A DNA stretch of 64,000 nt from positions 1,344,001 through 1,408,000 of the forward strand of contig OZ245033.1 in the NCBI GenBank assembly GCA_965224025.1, written 5' to 3'. The stretch is from Candidatus Multivorans sp. (GTDB lineage: Bacteria; Acidobacteriota; Thermoanaerobaculia; Multivoradales; Multivoraceae). Positions within the stretch are counted from its first letter, which is position 1. Each line of letters starts with the position of its first letter. Position numbers and translations under genes: made by a program. Of the stretch, positions 8,102 through 18,673 are shown piece after piece. Below the pieces are notes generated by a model that saw nothing but the letters and a program-made list of their open reading frames with translations, ran no database searches and was not told the DNA's origin.

Positions 8102-8674
8102 ATGGGACAGGCGCCGCAATCGGTCCGTAGCGACGACACGGAGATGGTCGCCGTCGGCTCTGTCCTGCGGGCCCACGGCCTGCGCGGCGAAGTGCTGGTC
8201 TTGGCGGACAGCCAGAACCCGGCCCGGTTCGCGAGGGGTTCGGAACTTTTCGTGCGTGGCGGGGCCAGGCTGCGGCGGCTGGAGGTCGCATCGAGCCGGC
8301 CGCATCGGGGTCGGGAACTGGTTCAGTTCGTGGACGTGACGGACCGCGACGGGGCGGACGCGCTCCGTGGGGCTCTGCTCGAGGCTCCCGAGGAGAGTGT
8401 GCCGGCGGCGGAAGAGGGCACGTTCTACTACTTCCAACTGGTCGGCTGCCGGGTCGTGGACAGGGGACTGGGCGATCTGGGCGAGGTCACCGAGGTCGTC
8501 GAGGACGGCGGCGGCGTGCTGCTCTTGGTGGCGCGGCCGGCCGATGGCGGCGGCGGCCGCTCGGTGCTGATCCCGTTCGCCAACCGACTGCTGCCGGAGA
8601 TCGACGTCGAGGAGCGACTAATTCGGAGCGACCTGCCCGAGGGCCTGCTGGAAGCGTGCGAATCGACGTCATAA
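8102..8674 (+). CDS. rimM: Ribosome maturation factor RimM
   Basis: VG...AHGLRGEV, FYYFQLVG, LIPF; start codon uncertain. Confidence 0.93.
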   Translation: MGQAPQSVRSDDTEMVAVGSVLRAHGLRGEVLVLADSQNPARFARGSELFVRGGARLRRLEVASSRPHRGRELVQFVDVTDRDGADALRGALLEAPEESVPAAEEGTFYYFQLVGCRVVDRGLGDLGEVTEVVEDGGGVLLLVARPADGGGGRSVLIPFANRLLPEIDVEERLIRSDLPEGLLEACESTS

Positions 8675-9378
8675 CCATCCTGCCGGAGGTCTTCCGCGAG
8701 TTCCTGGAGGCGAGCCTGATCGGTCGGGCGAGAGCCGCCGGCCTGCTCGACGTGCGGGTCCACGACCTGCGCGACTACACCGGCGATCCCCACCGGAGCG
8801 TCGATGACGAGCCCTACGGCGGCGGCGGCGGGATGGTGATGACTGCCCCGCCCTGGCTCATGGCGGTGCGGGCCGTGGCCGGCGGCGACTCCCGCGCTCA
8901 CCGCATCCTGCTCTCGCCGCAGGGAGAGCGCCTGGACGATGCCTTGGTCCAGAGTCTGGCGCACAAGAAGCGGCTGGTGCTCCTTTGCGGACGCTATGAG
9001 GCGGTCGACGAGAGGGTGCGCGCGCTGGTTGTCGACTCCGAACTGTCGATCGGCGACTATGTGCTGTCGGGAGGGGAGGCGCCGGCGATGGTCGTCGTCG
9101 AGGCGATCTCGCGCCAGGTCCCCGGGGTCGTGGGGCGGCATTCGTCGGTCGTGAACGACAGCTTCCGCGCCGGCCTCCTCGACCACCCGCATTACACCCG
9201 CCCGCCGATCGTGGAGGGCATCGAGGTGCCCGAAGTGCTGCGATCGGGCGACCACGGCCGCATCGACGCGTGGCGCCGGGAACAGGCGCTCGAGGCGACG
9301 CGCCGGAAGCGGCCGGACCTGCTGGGAGGGGAAGCCTCCGCGCCGGAGGTTGCGCACAGGGTGCCGAACAGGCGATAA
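8656..9378 (+). CDS. trmD: tRNA (guanine-N1)-methyltransferase
   Basis: VDDEPYGGGGGMV, LSPQG, CGRYEAVDER, SIGDYVLSGGE, HYTRP. Confidence 0.97.
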   Translation: MRIDVITILPEVFREFLEASLIGRARAAGLLDVRVHDLRDYTGDPHRSVDDEPYGGGGGMVMTAPPWLMAVRAVAGGDSRAHRILLSPQGERLDDALVQSLAHKKRLVLLCGRYEAVDERVRALVVDSELSIGDYVLSGGEAPAMVVVEAISRQVPGVVGRHSSVVNDSFRAGLLDHPHYTRPPIVEGIEVPEVLRSGDHGRIDAWRREQALEATRRKRPDLLGGEASAPEVAHRVPNRR

Positions 9379-9510
9379 TCCGCGTCTTGCCGCTTCGCGG
9401 TGCGCGGGCTGGATGTCAGTTGTCCGGGTTCGCGGGAGGGGCGCGGAGCCGATCAGCAGAGAACGAAGCCGCAGGGTCGGAACTTGCGGCTCAGGCACAG
9501 GTGACACGCA

Positions 9511-9858
9511 ATGCACGATCTACAGCACGTGGAGCAGGAGTACGTGCAGCAGGGCCTGCCCGAGTTTCGGGCAGGTGACACGGTCAAGGTCCACGTCCGG
9601 GTCAGAGAGGGCGCCAAGGAGCGGATCCAGATCTTCCAGGGTGTGGTGATTGCCCGCCGCGGCAGTGGCACTCGGGAGACCTTCACCGTGCGCAAGGTCT
9701 CGGGAGGCATCGGCGTCGAGCGGATCTTCCCGCTTCATTCGCCGGTGATTGGTCAGATCGAGGTCGTGCGCCGGGGCAAGGTGCGCCGCGCCAAGCTCTA
9801 CTACCTGCGGAAACTGCGCGGCCGCGCCGCCCGCATCGAGGAGCTCCGCAAGCGCTGA
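9511..9858 (+). CDS. rplS: 50S ribosomal protein L19
   Basis: [32 protein letters not shown]. Confidence 0.98.
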   Translation: MHDLQHVEQEYVQQGLPEFRAGDTVKVHVRVREGAKERIQIFQGVVIARRGSGTRETFTVRKVSGGIGVERIFPLHSPVIGQIEVVRRGKVRRAKLYYLRKLRGRAARIEELRKR

Positions 9859-9880
9859 CGACTGCCGCGGGTATCAAAGG

Positions 9881-9939
9881 CCCATGAGTGTTCACCGCAG
9901 GAACGAAGCGTAGCGAGTTCCAAGGGGCAAGCTCATGGG
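9881..9939. repeat. Intergenic nested inverted repeat (long hairpin)
   Basis: cccatgag..ctcatggg outer stem, ggaac..gttcc inner stem, loop gaagcgtagcga. Confidence 0.55.
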
Positions 9940-10627
9940 GAGGTGGGGGCTGGGGCCAAACACGAAGTCCGCGACGGGTTTGGCGGCGCTGATCGCCGAG
10001 GCGTACCGCCTGCGCCTGATGCGCGGGCTCGAGCACCAGTTCGCGATGGCCGGTTACGGGCTCGTCGCCGGCGTCGACGAGGCGGGTCGGGGTTGTCTCG
10101 CCGGCCCCGTGGTTGCGGCGGCGGTGGTGGTCTCGCCGGACTGCCTGATTCCCGGCGTCGACGACAGCAAACGGCTGTCCGCGCGGCAGCGGGAACGATT
10201 GGCCGAGGCGATCAAGCAGCGGGCGGCCGCGTGGTCGGTTGCGATGGGCGACGCCGCGTTGATCGACCGCATCAACGTGCTCGAGGCCACCCGGTGGGCG
10301 ATGCGGAGTGCGTTGCGGTCACTAACGGTTCGCCCCGCCATCGCCCTCGTCGATGCGGTGCGGCTCGATGAGGTGGACGTGTGCGGCGCGGAGGTGTCGA
10401 CGGTGCCGCTGGTGCGGGCCGATTCCCTCAGTTTCGCCGTCGCCTGCGCGTCGATCATCGCCAAGACGGACCGGGACCGCCGGATGGCGGCGTACGACCG
10501 GCAGTACCCGGGCTTCGGGTTCGCCAGCCACAAGGGATACGCGTCGGAGGATCACCGCGCCGCGCTGAAGGAACTGGGGCCGACGCCCCTTCACCGCCTC
10601 ACCTTCCGCTCCGTGCTGCCGACATAA
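9935..10627 (+). CDS. rnhB: Ribonuclease HII (true start probably downstream)
   Basis: GVDEAGRGCLAGPV, DSKRLS, ASIIAK, HKGY, HRLTF. Confidence 0.95.
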   Translation: MGRWGLGPNTKSATGLAALIAEAYRLRLMRGLEHQFAMAGYGLVAGVDEAGRGCLAGPVVAAAVVVSPDCLIPGVDDSKRLSARQRERLAEAIKQRAAAWSVAMGDAALIDRINVLEATRWAMRSALRSLTVRPAIALVDAVRLDEVDVCGAEVSTVPLVRADSLSFAVACASIIAKTDRDRRMAAYDRQYPGFGFASHKGYASEDHRAALKELGPTPLHRLTFRSVLPT

Positions 10628-10638
10628 GATCAAGGAGC

Positions 10639-11742
10639 ATGCGCCGGAATCTCCTGCTGTTCGCGATCGTGGCCGGCATCGTCGCCCTGGCGGCGGTGGT
10701 CCTGTGGCTGGCGCCGCGGGCGCGGGAGGCGAGAGCACCGAAACTGGTTCGGGCCTGGGTCGGCGTGGAAGTCGGAGGCGAGGGCGTGGCCAGGACGGGC
10801 ACGGTCGAACTCGACGCCGGCCAGGACTTCCGGTTGCACGCGGTGGTCGAGGTGCACCACGGCGGCGGCGACGGAGACGGTGAGGCCGAGTACTACAGCG
10901 CCACACCGCGGGTAGTGCTCGACGGCCGGCAGTTCGAGGCTCTTCCCGTAGAGGAGCTCGGTGGTCTCGGCCGGGTCAGGCTCCTCTGGTTCAGCGTCGA
11001 GCACGGCGTTCCGTTCCGGGAAATGGAGAACGGCGTGGATCTCGACACGTTCCGCTATGAGCAGTTCTTTCGTCCCGAATGGGGCAGCGCCTGGTCGATC
11101 GACGGTACCCTGGACGCCTACTTCGACGGCTGGCTGGAGGAGGAGGGGCCGGACATCGAGCGGGATTTCGGAACCCTCCGGTACCAGGTCTGGGTCGAGG
11201 CCTCGGCGGACGAGGAAGCGCTGGTTCCGGACCATCGCGTGAAGTCGGCCGCGCTTCCCGGCGCGACCCGGGTTGTGTCGCGACTACCCGCGGCCCTGGG
11301 GCCTGCGTCGGCAGTCTTCGGTCTGCCGGAGATCGAGCGCGGGGACGGCGACTGGGACCAGGCGGCACTGACCCGCGTGCACCAGCTTTACGGCGACGGA
11401 CTCGCCTTCAGCCAGCTCACCGTGCTGCGCGATCTGCTCGATGCCGGCGGCGCCCGCTGGGAGGACCTGAACTGGCAACTCGCGCCGCTCGACGGCAGCC
11501 TGTCCTGGCGCGACCCGGACGCGGGCTCGCCGGCGCCGGGCGACCTGGTCCGGGTCGCGGACCGCTGGGTGGTTCTGCTTGGCGACGAGACCGGGGAGGG
11601 CGAAGTGGGAATGCTGGACGGAGCGGATCTCTGCCTGGACTTCGACGCGGGCGCCGCCGTGCGGCGGCTCGACCAGATCTTCCTGCTCGGGGCCGAGGAC
11701 GAAGGGGACGTGCTGGTGGCGGCGCCGAGGCTGCCCGCCTGA
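10639..11742 (+). CDS. Hypothetical acidic membrane-anchored/exported protein
   Basis: aaggag RBS, N-terminal hydrophobic segment MRRNLLLFAIVAGIVALAAVVLW, typical codon usage. Confidence 0.8.
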   Translation: MRRNLLLFAIVAGIVALAAVVLWLAPRAREARAPKLVRAWVGVEVGGEGVARTGTVELDAGQDFRLHAVVEVHHGGGDGDGEAEYYSATPRVVLDGRQFEALPVEELGGLGRVRLLWFSVEHGVPFREMENGVDLDTFRYEQFFRPEWGSAWSIDGTLDAYFDGWLEEEGPDIERDFGTLRYQVWVEASADEEALVPDHRVKSAALPGATRVVSRLPAALGPASAVFGLPEIERGDGDWDQAALTRVHQLYGDGLAFSQLTVLRDLLDAGGARWEDLNWQLAPLDGSLSWRDPDAGSPAPGDLVRVADRWVVLLGDETGEGEVGMLDGADLCLDFDAGAAVRRLDQIFLLGAEDEGDVLVAAPRLPA

Positions 11743-11783
11743 GCGGGGGCGCGGCCGCGCGAGTGGCTTGGGTCCGCGGATCT

Positions 11784-12254
11784 TCATCTCCGAGCGCCGA
11801 GACCTGGATCCTCCGCCAAAGCCCCGCCAGGACTCACTTCGACGACCAGGTCGCAGCCGGCGAAGAAGAACGCGCGCTCGAGGCCAGCGTTCTCCGGCGA
11901 GTCGCTGCCGTGGATCGCGTTGTTCTGGATGTTTGACCCGTAGAGGTTCCGGATCGTGCCCGCAGCCGCCTGCGTGGAGTCGGTCGCGCCCATCGTGTCG
12001 CGGAGGCGGGTGACGGCGTTCTCGCGAGCGAGCGCGATCGCCACCGCCGGACCGCTGGTCATGAAGGCGACCAGGTCCGCGAAGAACGGCCGCTCCCGAT
12101 GGACCGCGTAGAAGGCCTCGGCCTGCGCCTGCGAGAGGCGCAACCGCCGGATCGCCTGGACCTGGAACCCCGCGTCCTCGAGGTGGGCGAGGATCCGGCC
12201 GGTGTTGCCGGCTCGGACCGCATCGGGCTTGATGATCGTCAGCGTCTCTTCCAT
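11784..12254 (-). CDS. ndk: Nucleoside diphosphate kinase
   Basis: TLTIIKPDAV, FY.VH.ERPFF, GTIR, NAIHGSDS. Confidence 0.97.
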   Translation of the reverse strand: MEETLTIIKPDAVRAGNTGRILAHLEDAGFQVQAIRRLRLSQAQAEAFYAVHRERPFFADLVAFMTSGPAVAIALARENAVTRLRDTMGATDSTQAAAGTIRNLYGSNIQNNAIHGSDSPENAGLERAFFFAGCDLVVEVSPGGALAEDPGLGARR

Positions 12255-12279
12255 CTCGTCTCCCGTTCAGCCGCGGCCG

Positions 12280-13152
12280 TCAGGGCGCCAGCGCCGCGGC
12301 GACCCGCGCTCCCATCTCGGCGGGCGAATCGACCACCAGTACGCCGGCAGCAGCGAGCGCCGCCTTCTTCTCGGCGGCGGTGCCCTTGCCGCCCGCGACG
12401 ATCGCTCCTGCATGACCCATCCGCCGCCCCGGGGGCGCCGTAGCGCCGGCGATGAAGCCGACGACCGGGATACGGAGATGCTGCCGGATCCAGTCCGCCG
12501 CCTCCTCTTCCGCGGCGCCGCCGATCTCGCCGATCATCACGATCGCCTCGGTCGCTTCGTCCTCGGCGAACAGCGAGAGCACGTCGATGAAGCTCGTGCC
12601 GCCTACGGGATCGCCGCCGATGCCGACGCAGGTCGTCTGACCGAGTTCCTCGTTCGTGAGCTGCCACACCGCCTCGTAGGTCAGGGTGCCGCTGCGGCTG
12701 ATGACGCCGACGTTGCCCGCCGCGTGGATGTGGCCGGGCATGATGCCGACCTTGGCCTGGCCGGGCGTGATCAGACCCGGGCAGTTGGGTCCCAGGAGGC
12801 GGCTGTTCCGGCCGGCGAGGAACGTCTTCACTTGCACCATGTCGCGAACGGGAATGCCCTCGGTGATGCAGACGATCAACTCGACGCCGGCATCGGCCGC
12901 CTCCATGATCGCGTCCGCGGCGAACGGCGGCGGCACGAAGATGAGCGTAGTGTTGCAGTCCGTCGCCCGACGCGCCTGCTCGACCGAGTCCCAGACCGCG
13001 AAACCTTCGACCGTGCTGCCGCCCTTGCCGGGCGTGACGCCGCCGACGACTTCCGTGCCGTACTCCCGGCAGCCCATCGCATGGAACAGGCCCTCCGTGC
13101 CGGTGATGCCCTGCACGATCAGGCGCGTGTCCTTGCCAACCAGAATCGACAT
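12280..13152 (-). CDS. sucD: Succinyl-CoA ligase alpha subunit
   Basis: [35 protein letters not shown]. Confidence 0.98.
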   Translation of the reverse strand: MSILVGKDTRLIVQGITGTEGLFHAMGCREYGTEVVGGVTPGKGGSTVEGFAVWDSVEQARRATDCNTTLIFVPPPFAADAIMEAADAGVELIVCITEGIPVRDMVQVKTFLAGRNSRLLGPNCPGLITPGQAKVGIMPGHIHAAGNVGVISRSGTLTYEAVWQLTNEELGQTTCVGIGGDPVGGTSFIDVLSLFAEDEATEAIVMIGEIGGAAEEEAADWIRQHLRIPVVGFIAGATAPPGRRMGHAGAIVAGGKGTAAEKKAALAAAGVLVVDSPAEMGARVAAALAP

Positions 13153-13157
13153 CGCGT

Positions 13158-14333
13158 CTAGCTTCCCAGGGCCGCTACCGCGCGCTCGGCGGCGCTCGCC
13201 ATGCCGTCCGCCACGATGAAGTCGAAGTCGGCCTCTTCAAGCACCCTCCGGCCCTCCTCGACGTTGGTTCCCTCGAGCCGTACGATGACCGGCGCATCGA
13301 CCGGCGTGCCCGCCGCGCCGAGTTCCCCGATCGCCGCCACCACGCCGCGGGCGATGCGATCGGTGCGCGCGATGCCGCCGAAGATGTTGATCAGCACGGC
13401 CTTCACCGCGGCATCCGAGAGGATGATCCGGAAGGCGCTGGCCACCGCCTCCTGCGAGGCCGAGCCGCCGACATCGAGGAAGTTCGCGGGTTCGCCTCCG
13501 TAGAGCTTGATGATGTCCATCGTCGCCATCGCCAGCCCGGCGCCGTTCACCATGCAGCCGATGCCGCCGTCCAGCTTGATGTAGCTGATGCCGTGCTTCG
13601 AGGCTTCGACTTCGAGCGGGTTCTCTTCGTGAATGTCGCGAAACCCAGCGATCTCCCGCCTTCTGAACATCGCGTTGTCGTCGAAGTTCATCTTCGCGTC
13701 CAGGGTGTAGGCATCGCCCCCCCTGTCGACCATCAGCGGGTTGATCTCGACCAGGGAGGCGTCCGTCTCCAGGTAAGCAGCGACCACGCTGGCGACAGCG
13801 GCCTGGATCTGACGCGCCGTGCCGCCCGAGAACCCCAAGCCGGACGCGACCCGCCGGCACTGGAACGGCAGTACGCCCAGTTGCGGATCGATCAGTTCGC
13901 GCAGGATCGCGTCAGGGTCCGTACGCGCAACTTCCTCGATGTCCATGCCGCCGGCACGGGACGCCATCAACACCGGCCGCTCGGCCGCACGGTCCAGGGT
14001 CACGCCCAGGTAGAGCTCCTGCTCGATCTCAAGCGCCTCTTCGATCAGGATCTTTCGCACCCGCTGGCCTCCGGGACCGGTCTGGTGGGTCACGAGCTGC
14101 ATTCCGAGGATCTCGCCAGCCAGCCGCTCGGCCTCCTCCGGGCCGGCGGCCAGCTTGACGCCGCCGCCCTTGCCACGGCCACCCGCGTGAATCTGGGCCT
14201 TGACCACGCAGCGGCCCCCGAAGTCCCGGCAGATCCGCGCCGCCTTTGCGGGATCGGAGATCACCTTCCCCTGCGGTACCCTGGCGCCGAATCCGCGCAG
14301 GAGTTCCTTGGCCTGGAACTCGTGGATCTTCAA
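13158..14333 (-). CDS. sucC: Succinyl-CoA ligase beta subunit
   Basis: [41 protein letters not shown]. Confidence 0.98.
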   Translation of the reverse strand: MKIHEFQAKELLRGFGARVPQGKVISDPAKAARICRDFGGRCVVKAQIHAGGRGKGGGVKLAAGPEEAERLAGEILGMQLVTHQTGPGGQRVRKILIEEALEIEQELYLGVTLDRAAERPVLMASRAGGMDIEEVARTDPDAILRELIDPQLGVLPFQCRRVASGLGFSGGTARQIQAAVASVVAAYLETDASLVEINPLMVDRGGDAYTLDAKMNFDDNAMFRRREIAGFRDIHEENPLEVEASKHGISYIKLDGGIGCMVNGAGLAMATMDIIKLYGGEPANFLDVGGSASQEAVASAFRIILSDAAVKAVLINIFGGIARTDRIARGVVAAIGELGAAGTPVDAPVIVRLEGTNVEEGRRVLEEADFDFIVADGMASAAERAVAALGS

Positions 14334-14346
14334 AGCGTGGAGCGCC

Positions 14347-15591
14347 TCAGTCGAGGTTCTCGACGATCGCCTGGCCGAATTCGGAGGTCTTGAGCAACGT
14401 CGCTCCCTCCATCTGACGCTCCAGGTCGTAGGTCACGCGCTTCTGGCGGATCGCGCGGCTGATCGCTTTCTCGATCGACTTGCCGGCCTCCTGCCAGCCC
14501 AACCAGTTCAGCATCATCACGCCCGACAGGATGACCGAGCAGGGGTTCACCTTATCCTGGCCGGCGTATTTCGGCGCCGTGCCGTGCGTGGCCTCGAACA
14601 GGGCGACGCCATCGCCCTCGTTGGCGCCAGGCGCCATCCCCAGACCGCCGACCTGAGCCGCGAGAGCGTCCGACAGATAGTCGCCGTTCAGGTTCGTCGT
14701 CGCGATCACGTCGTACTCGTCGGCCCTCAGGAGCACCTGCTGGAACATGGCGTCCGAGATGCGGTCCTTGATCAGAATGCGGCCATCCGGCAGCCGGCCG
14801 TCGTACTTCGCCCACAGATCGTCCTCGCTTACCGTCAAGTTCGCGAACTCCTCGGCCGCGAGTTCGTAGCCCCACTCCTTGAAGGCGCCCTCGGTGAACT
14901 TCATGATGTTGCCCTTGTGCACGAGGGTGACGCTGCCTCGTCCCTGGGCGCGGGCGTATTCGATCGCCTTTCTCACCAGCCGCTTGCTCCCCGTCACCGA
15001 GACCGGCTTGATGCCGACGCCCGAGTCGGCGCGGATCTCCCGGCCGAGTTCCCGCCGCACGAAGTCGATCAGAGCCGCGCTCTCCGGCGTTCCCTGCTGC
15101 CACTCGTGGCCGGCGTACACGTCCTCGGTGTTCTCTCGGAACAGCACCATGTCGACCTTCTCCGGCTCGCGCACCGGCGACGGCACACCCTCGAAGTAGC
15201 GCACGGGGCGTACGCAGGCGTACAGGTCGAGCAGTTGCCGGAGCGCCACGTTCAGGCTGCGGATGCCGCCGCCGACGGGAGTCGTCAGCGGTCCCTTGAT
15301 CGCCACCCGGCAGTACCGGATCGCATCGACGGTCACGGACGGCAGCCATTCCCCGGTCCGCTCCAGGGCCTTCTCCCCGGCCAGAATCTCAAGCCAGGCG
15401 ATGGAACGCCGACCCGAGTACGCCTTCTCCACCGCGGCGTCGATCACCGTCTGGGCCGCACGCCAGATATCGGGGCCGATGCCATCGCCCTCGATGAAGG
15501 GGACGATCGGCTGTTCCGGCACGACCACAACGCCGTCCCGCCAGCCGACCTCCTGACCGCCGGCTGGCGGCTCGACCGGGGGTTCGGTCAA
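14347..15591 (-). CDS. icd: NADP-dependent isocitrate dehydrogenase
   Basis: [51 protein letters not shown]; TTG start at 15591 preferred for its GAGGT RBS (alternative 15621). Confidence 0.97.
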   Translation of the reverse strand: MTEPPVEPPAGGQEVGWRDGVVVVPEQPIVPFIEGDGIGPDIWRAAQTVIDAAVEKAYSGRRSIAWLEILAGEKALERTGEWLPSVTVDAIRYCRVAIKGPLTTPVGGGIRSLNVALRQLLDLYACVRPVRYFEGVPSPVREPEKVDMVLFRENTEDVYAGHEWQQGTPESAALIDFVRRELGREIRADSGVGIKPVSVTGSKRLVRKAIEYARAQGRGSVTLVHKGNIMKFTEGAFKEWGYELAAEEFANLTVSEDDLWAKYDGRLPDGRILIKDRISDAMFQQVLLRADEYDVIATTNLNGDYLSDALAAQVGGLGMAPGANEGDGVALFEATHGTAPKYAGQDKVNPCSVILSGVMMLNWLGWQEAGKSIEKAISRAIRQKRVTYDLERQMEGATLLKTSEFGQAIVENLD

Positions 15592-15786
15592 GGCGACCAC
15601 CTCGCGAACGAGAGAACCCACCTCACGGACTTGCGAGCCGACATCAAGGGACGGACGGACCGAAAACCAAATGAGTCAAGTGCGAAGGCACGACACGGAA
15701 GCTCAGAGCCAAAGCGCGGCGCAGGGTATCACGTTCCGGGCCTGCGGTTCGGGCCGAGCGCCCTGGAGGCTGCTAGGGTGCGGTCC

Positions 15787-16266
15787 ATGAGTGGGCAACC
15801 CGTGTTCCACCTGCCGATACCGGACCACGCCGCCTGCTGGGAGGGCATCGACTGGGAGGCTCTGGTCAACGTCGCGGTCCGTTGCCGCGAACAGGCCTAC
15901 GCCCCCTACAGCGGTTTCAGGGTGGGCGCCGCTCTGCTGGCGGCGGACGGCCGCATCTACGGCGGCTGCAACGTCGAGAACCGCGTGCTCGGCCTGACCC
16001 TCTGTGCCGAGCGCGGCGCGCTGTCGGCCGCGGTCGCGGACGGACGGACTTCATTCCAGGCATTGGCCATCGCTACCACCGCCACACCGCCATGCGCGCC
16101 CTGCGGGCAGTGCCGCGACGCCCTGGCGGAGTTCTCCTGCGACCTGCCCGTGGTATCGGTCACCGTCGGCAACCACGAGGCCGCGAGCTGGAGTCGCTTC
16201 ACACTCCACGATCTCCTGCCCGAACCGTTCGTTCTGGAGGTCCGGAAACCCCGATCCCTGCTCTGA
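15787..16266 (+). CDS. cdd: Cytidine deaminase
   Basis: AYAPYSGFRVGAA, GCNVEN, CAER, PCGQCR. Confidence 0.93.
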   Translation: MSGQPVFHLPIPDHAACWEGIDWEALVNVAVRCREQAYAPYSGFRVGAALLAADGRIYGGCNVENRVLGLTLCAERGALSAAVADGRTSFQALAIATTATPPCAPCGQCRDALAEFSCDLPVVSVTVGNHEAASWSRFTLHDLLPEPFVLEVRKPRSLL

Positions 16267-16368
16267 GGACACAGCGTTGCCGTCCCGGCTTGGTATGCCC
16301 GCGGCCGCGCGGCGCCCTGACCGCGATCAGGCCGCGATGGGCGCCGGCACGGGCGCCCGGGCGAAACC

Positions 16369-16713
16369 TCAGTTCTCGGCTTCGGCGGCCAGAGCCTCGG
16401 CCACGGTGTCGTGGGTCGGGAAGAGAGACGCCACGCCTGCAACGGTCAGCAACTGGACGATCCGCTCGGAGGGCCGGATCAGGATCAGCTTGCGTTCCTC
16501 AGCGCGCAGGCGAACCAGGTAGCCCACGAGCTCTCCAATGCCCGTCGAGTCCATGTAGTTCACGTCCGAGAGGTCGAGCAGGACGTGGCCGTCTCCCTCG
16601 GACAGACTCCGCTTCAACGCGTCGGCAAGGAAACGAGCGCTCTGACCGAGCTTGATCACGCCCTCCACCGCCAGCAGGCTGGAATCGCCGATCTGTCGCT
16701 TGTTGATGATCAT
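16369..16713 (-). CDS. STAS-domain protein (anti-sigma factor antagonist)
   Basis: LLDLSDVNYMDSTGIGELV motif. Confidence 0.9.
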   Translation of the reverse strand: MIINKRQIGDSSLLAVEGVIKLGQSARFLADALKRSLSEGDGHVLLDLSDVNYMDSTGIGELVGYLVRLRAEERKLILIRPSERIVQLLTVAGVASLFPTHDTVAEALAAEAEN

Positions 16714-16768
16714 TCGTGTCGATCGCGGGGGCGATTCCGCCGACCAAGAGCTGCCGAGAAGACCGCGT

Positions 16769-17449
16769 CTACCGACTGAAGCGGCCCACGAAGGAACTGC
16801 GCTTGCCGGGACTCTTCCAGGTGCCTCCCAGGCCCTCTCCCTGCCAACTGTGCTCGAGTGCGACTCCGGGCTCCGCACCGACCGTCGGGGCCAGGGGCGG
16901 GTAGAAGACGGTTTCGTTCCCGCACAGGTGGTCCCGGTGATCGAGAGGCCGGGTCCGCAGCGCCGCGAGCTCGCCTGCGCTCACCGCCGCGGCCCCGTTC
17001 GCCAGAACGTCGAACTCGACCTCCGCTGTCTGAACCTGGGCGATATCCGCGAGCAACTCGCCGCCCATGCCACGCGCGAAACCCTCGAGAGCCCGCCGCT
17101 GCGCCGGGTCCGCATTCGCGTCGACGATGAGGATCGACTCCGCGGCATCGGATTCGGCATAAGGATCGCCGAGTGTGGCTTCCGAGCGCACGACGGCGAG
17201 CACCGAAAGCCCCGACAGATCCACGCCGTCCCAGCCGCCGTCATCGACCCGCCAGGCCATGATCGCCTCGTTGCCGACCAGTCCGACCTCCGAGTTGGCG
17301 AAGCATGGCCCGGTGTAGACATCGGCGGTGCGCGCCTCGACGTAGGTACCCGATATCCCCAGCCCGGCCCCCAGCGCCACGGCGGGAAGAAGCAGACCTA
17401 GTGCAACCAGTGCGGCCGCGTGCAGGCGATGCGTTTCGGCAAGTCTCAT
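16769..17449 (-). CDS. Secreted DUF1326-like protein
   Basis: Signal peptide; GTYVEARTADVYTGPCFANSE, GVDLSGL, IVDANA..QRRAL; ATGA overlap with upstream gene. Confidence 0.7.
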   Translation of the reverse strand: MRLAETHRLHAAALVALGLLLPAVALGAGLGISGTYVEARTADVYTGPCFANSEVGLVGNEAIMAWRVDDGGWDGVDLSGLSVLAVVRSEATLGDPYAESDAAESILIVDANADPAQRRALEGFARGMGGELLADIAQVQTAEVEFDVLANGAAAVSAGELAALRTRPLDHRDHLCGNETVFYPPLAPTVGAEPGVALEHSWQGEGLGGTWKSPGKRSSFVGRFSR

Positions 17450-17694
17450 GTCGAACCTCCGTAACGTTGGAAGCAACTGCGGCCCTCCCGGCAATGTTCC
17501 CTTGACGCTACCGCGCCGTCGGGTCCGAGACAGTTCATGCTGTGGGTACACCAGACGAAACCGTCGTCGATTTCGTGCTGCGGATCCACGTCGGCGGCCG
17601 GATCCGCCGGGGCGAGGGCCATGAACATCGTCTTCCAGCGCAGCCTTCGGCACAGTTCCGGGGCCCCGGCAGCCCCATCGAGTCGGTCAGCCAT
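17446..17694 (-). CDS. Small Cys-rich hypothetical protein (82 aa)
   Basis: CRRLRWK..WCTHSMNCLGPDG..HCREGRSCF; ggagg RBS; packed between FAD subunit gene and DUF1326-like gene. Confidence 0.78.
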   Translation of the reverse strand: MADRLDGAAGAPELCRRLRWKTMFMALAPADPAADVDPQHEIDDGFVWCTHSMNCLGPDGAVASREHCREGRSCFQRYGGST

Positions 17695-17698
17695 CGCG

Positions 17699-18673
17699 TC
17701 AGGCCTCCATCCCGGCAGCGCGCAGCAGCGCACGCCTCACTGCAACCGTGGCAAGTTGAATCTTGTACCGATTACCGCTCATCGGCCGGGCGCCCTCCAC
17801 CGCCGCCTCGGCGGCTTCAACGATCCGTTCCGGCGTCAGTTCGCGACCAGCCAGCAGGTCACCGGCCGCGGGCGCGAGCCGGGGAGTCGGAGCCGCGTGG
17901 CCCAGCACGATCCGCGCCCGCTCCACCAACGGCCCTTCCCCGTACAGGGAGACCGCGGCGGCCATCAGCGGCCAGTCCAGGGACCGGCGCTGCCGAACCT
18001 CGTACACGGCCGAGCGGGCAGCGCCGACACTTGCCGTCACCTCGACCAACAGCTCACCGGGCTTCAACGTATTCTCACGCTCTCCTTCAGCCCGCGGTGC
18101 CCGGTACAGCGCCTCGACCGGCACGCGCCGCTCACCGTCCGGTCCGTGGACTGTCGCTTCCGCCTCGAGCGCGATCAGGAGCGGCGCCAGACTCGAGGGA
18201 CTGACGAAGCGTGCATCGCCCTGCGGGAAGATCGCGTGGTAGCGGTTGTCGCCTTCGGTGACCATCGAGCGACCGTTCTCTCCTTGCGCGAGCAGACCGA
18301 AGCCACGCCGGTAGTACCAGCATCGCGGACGTTGGAGCAGATCGCCGCCGACCGTGCCCATCGCCCGCAACTGCGCACTGGCCACACCGTCGATCGCGGT
18401 TCCGAGCGCCGGCACGGCGGCCATCGCATCGGCGTGGTCCCGCAACTCCTGCAACGTCGTCATCGAACCGATCCGGAGCCGGCCGCCAGAGGCGTCGATG
18501 CCGGACAGGTCTTCGATGCCGCGCAGCGCGACGAGCCGTTCAACCTGCTCGACATCGTCCTTGAGCAGGCTCAGGAGGTCCGTTCCGCCCGCGAGGACCT
18601 CGCTGCCCTCCGCTTCCAGCAGGCTCACTGCCTGCTCAACCGTCGCGGGAGCCGCGTAGCGGAAGGGTCGCAT
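17699..18673 (-). CDS. Xanthine dehydrogenase family FAD-binding subunit (PaoB/YagS-like)
   Basis: AGGTDLL, ASAQLRAMGTVGG.L.QRPRCWYYR, P.SGNRYK. Confidence 0.92.
   Translation of the reverse strand: MRPFRYAAPATVEQAVSLLEAEGSEVLAGGTDLLSLLKDDVEQVERLVALRGIEDLSGIDASGGRLRIGSMTTLQELRDHADAMAAVPALGTAIDGVASAQLRAMGTVGGDLLQRPRCWYYRRGFGLLAQGENGRSMVTEGDNRYHAIFPQGDARFVSPSSLAPLLIALEAEATVHGPDGERRVPVEALYRAPRAEGERENTLKPGELLVEVTASVGAARSAVYEVRQRRSLDWPLMAAAVSLYGEGPLVERARIVLGHAAPTPRLAPAAGDLLAGRELTPERIVEAAEAAVEGARPMSGNRYKIQLATVAVRRALLRAAGMEA

Noticed and set aside
14200-15786. Long N-terminal extension of cytidine deaminase (688-aa ORF)
   Set aside because: Antisense to icd in high-GC DNA; the Cdd-like protein starts near 15787.
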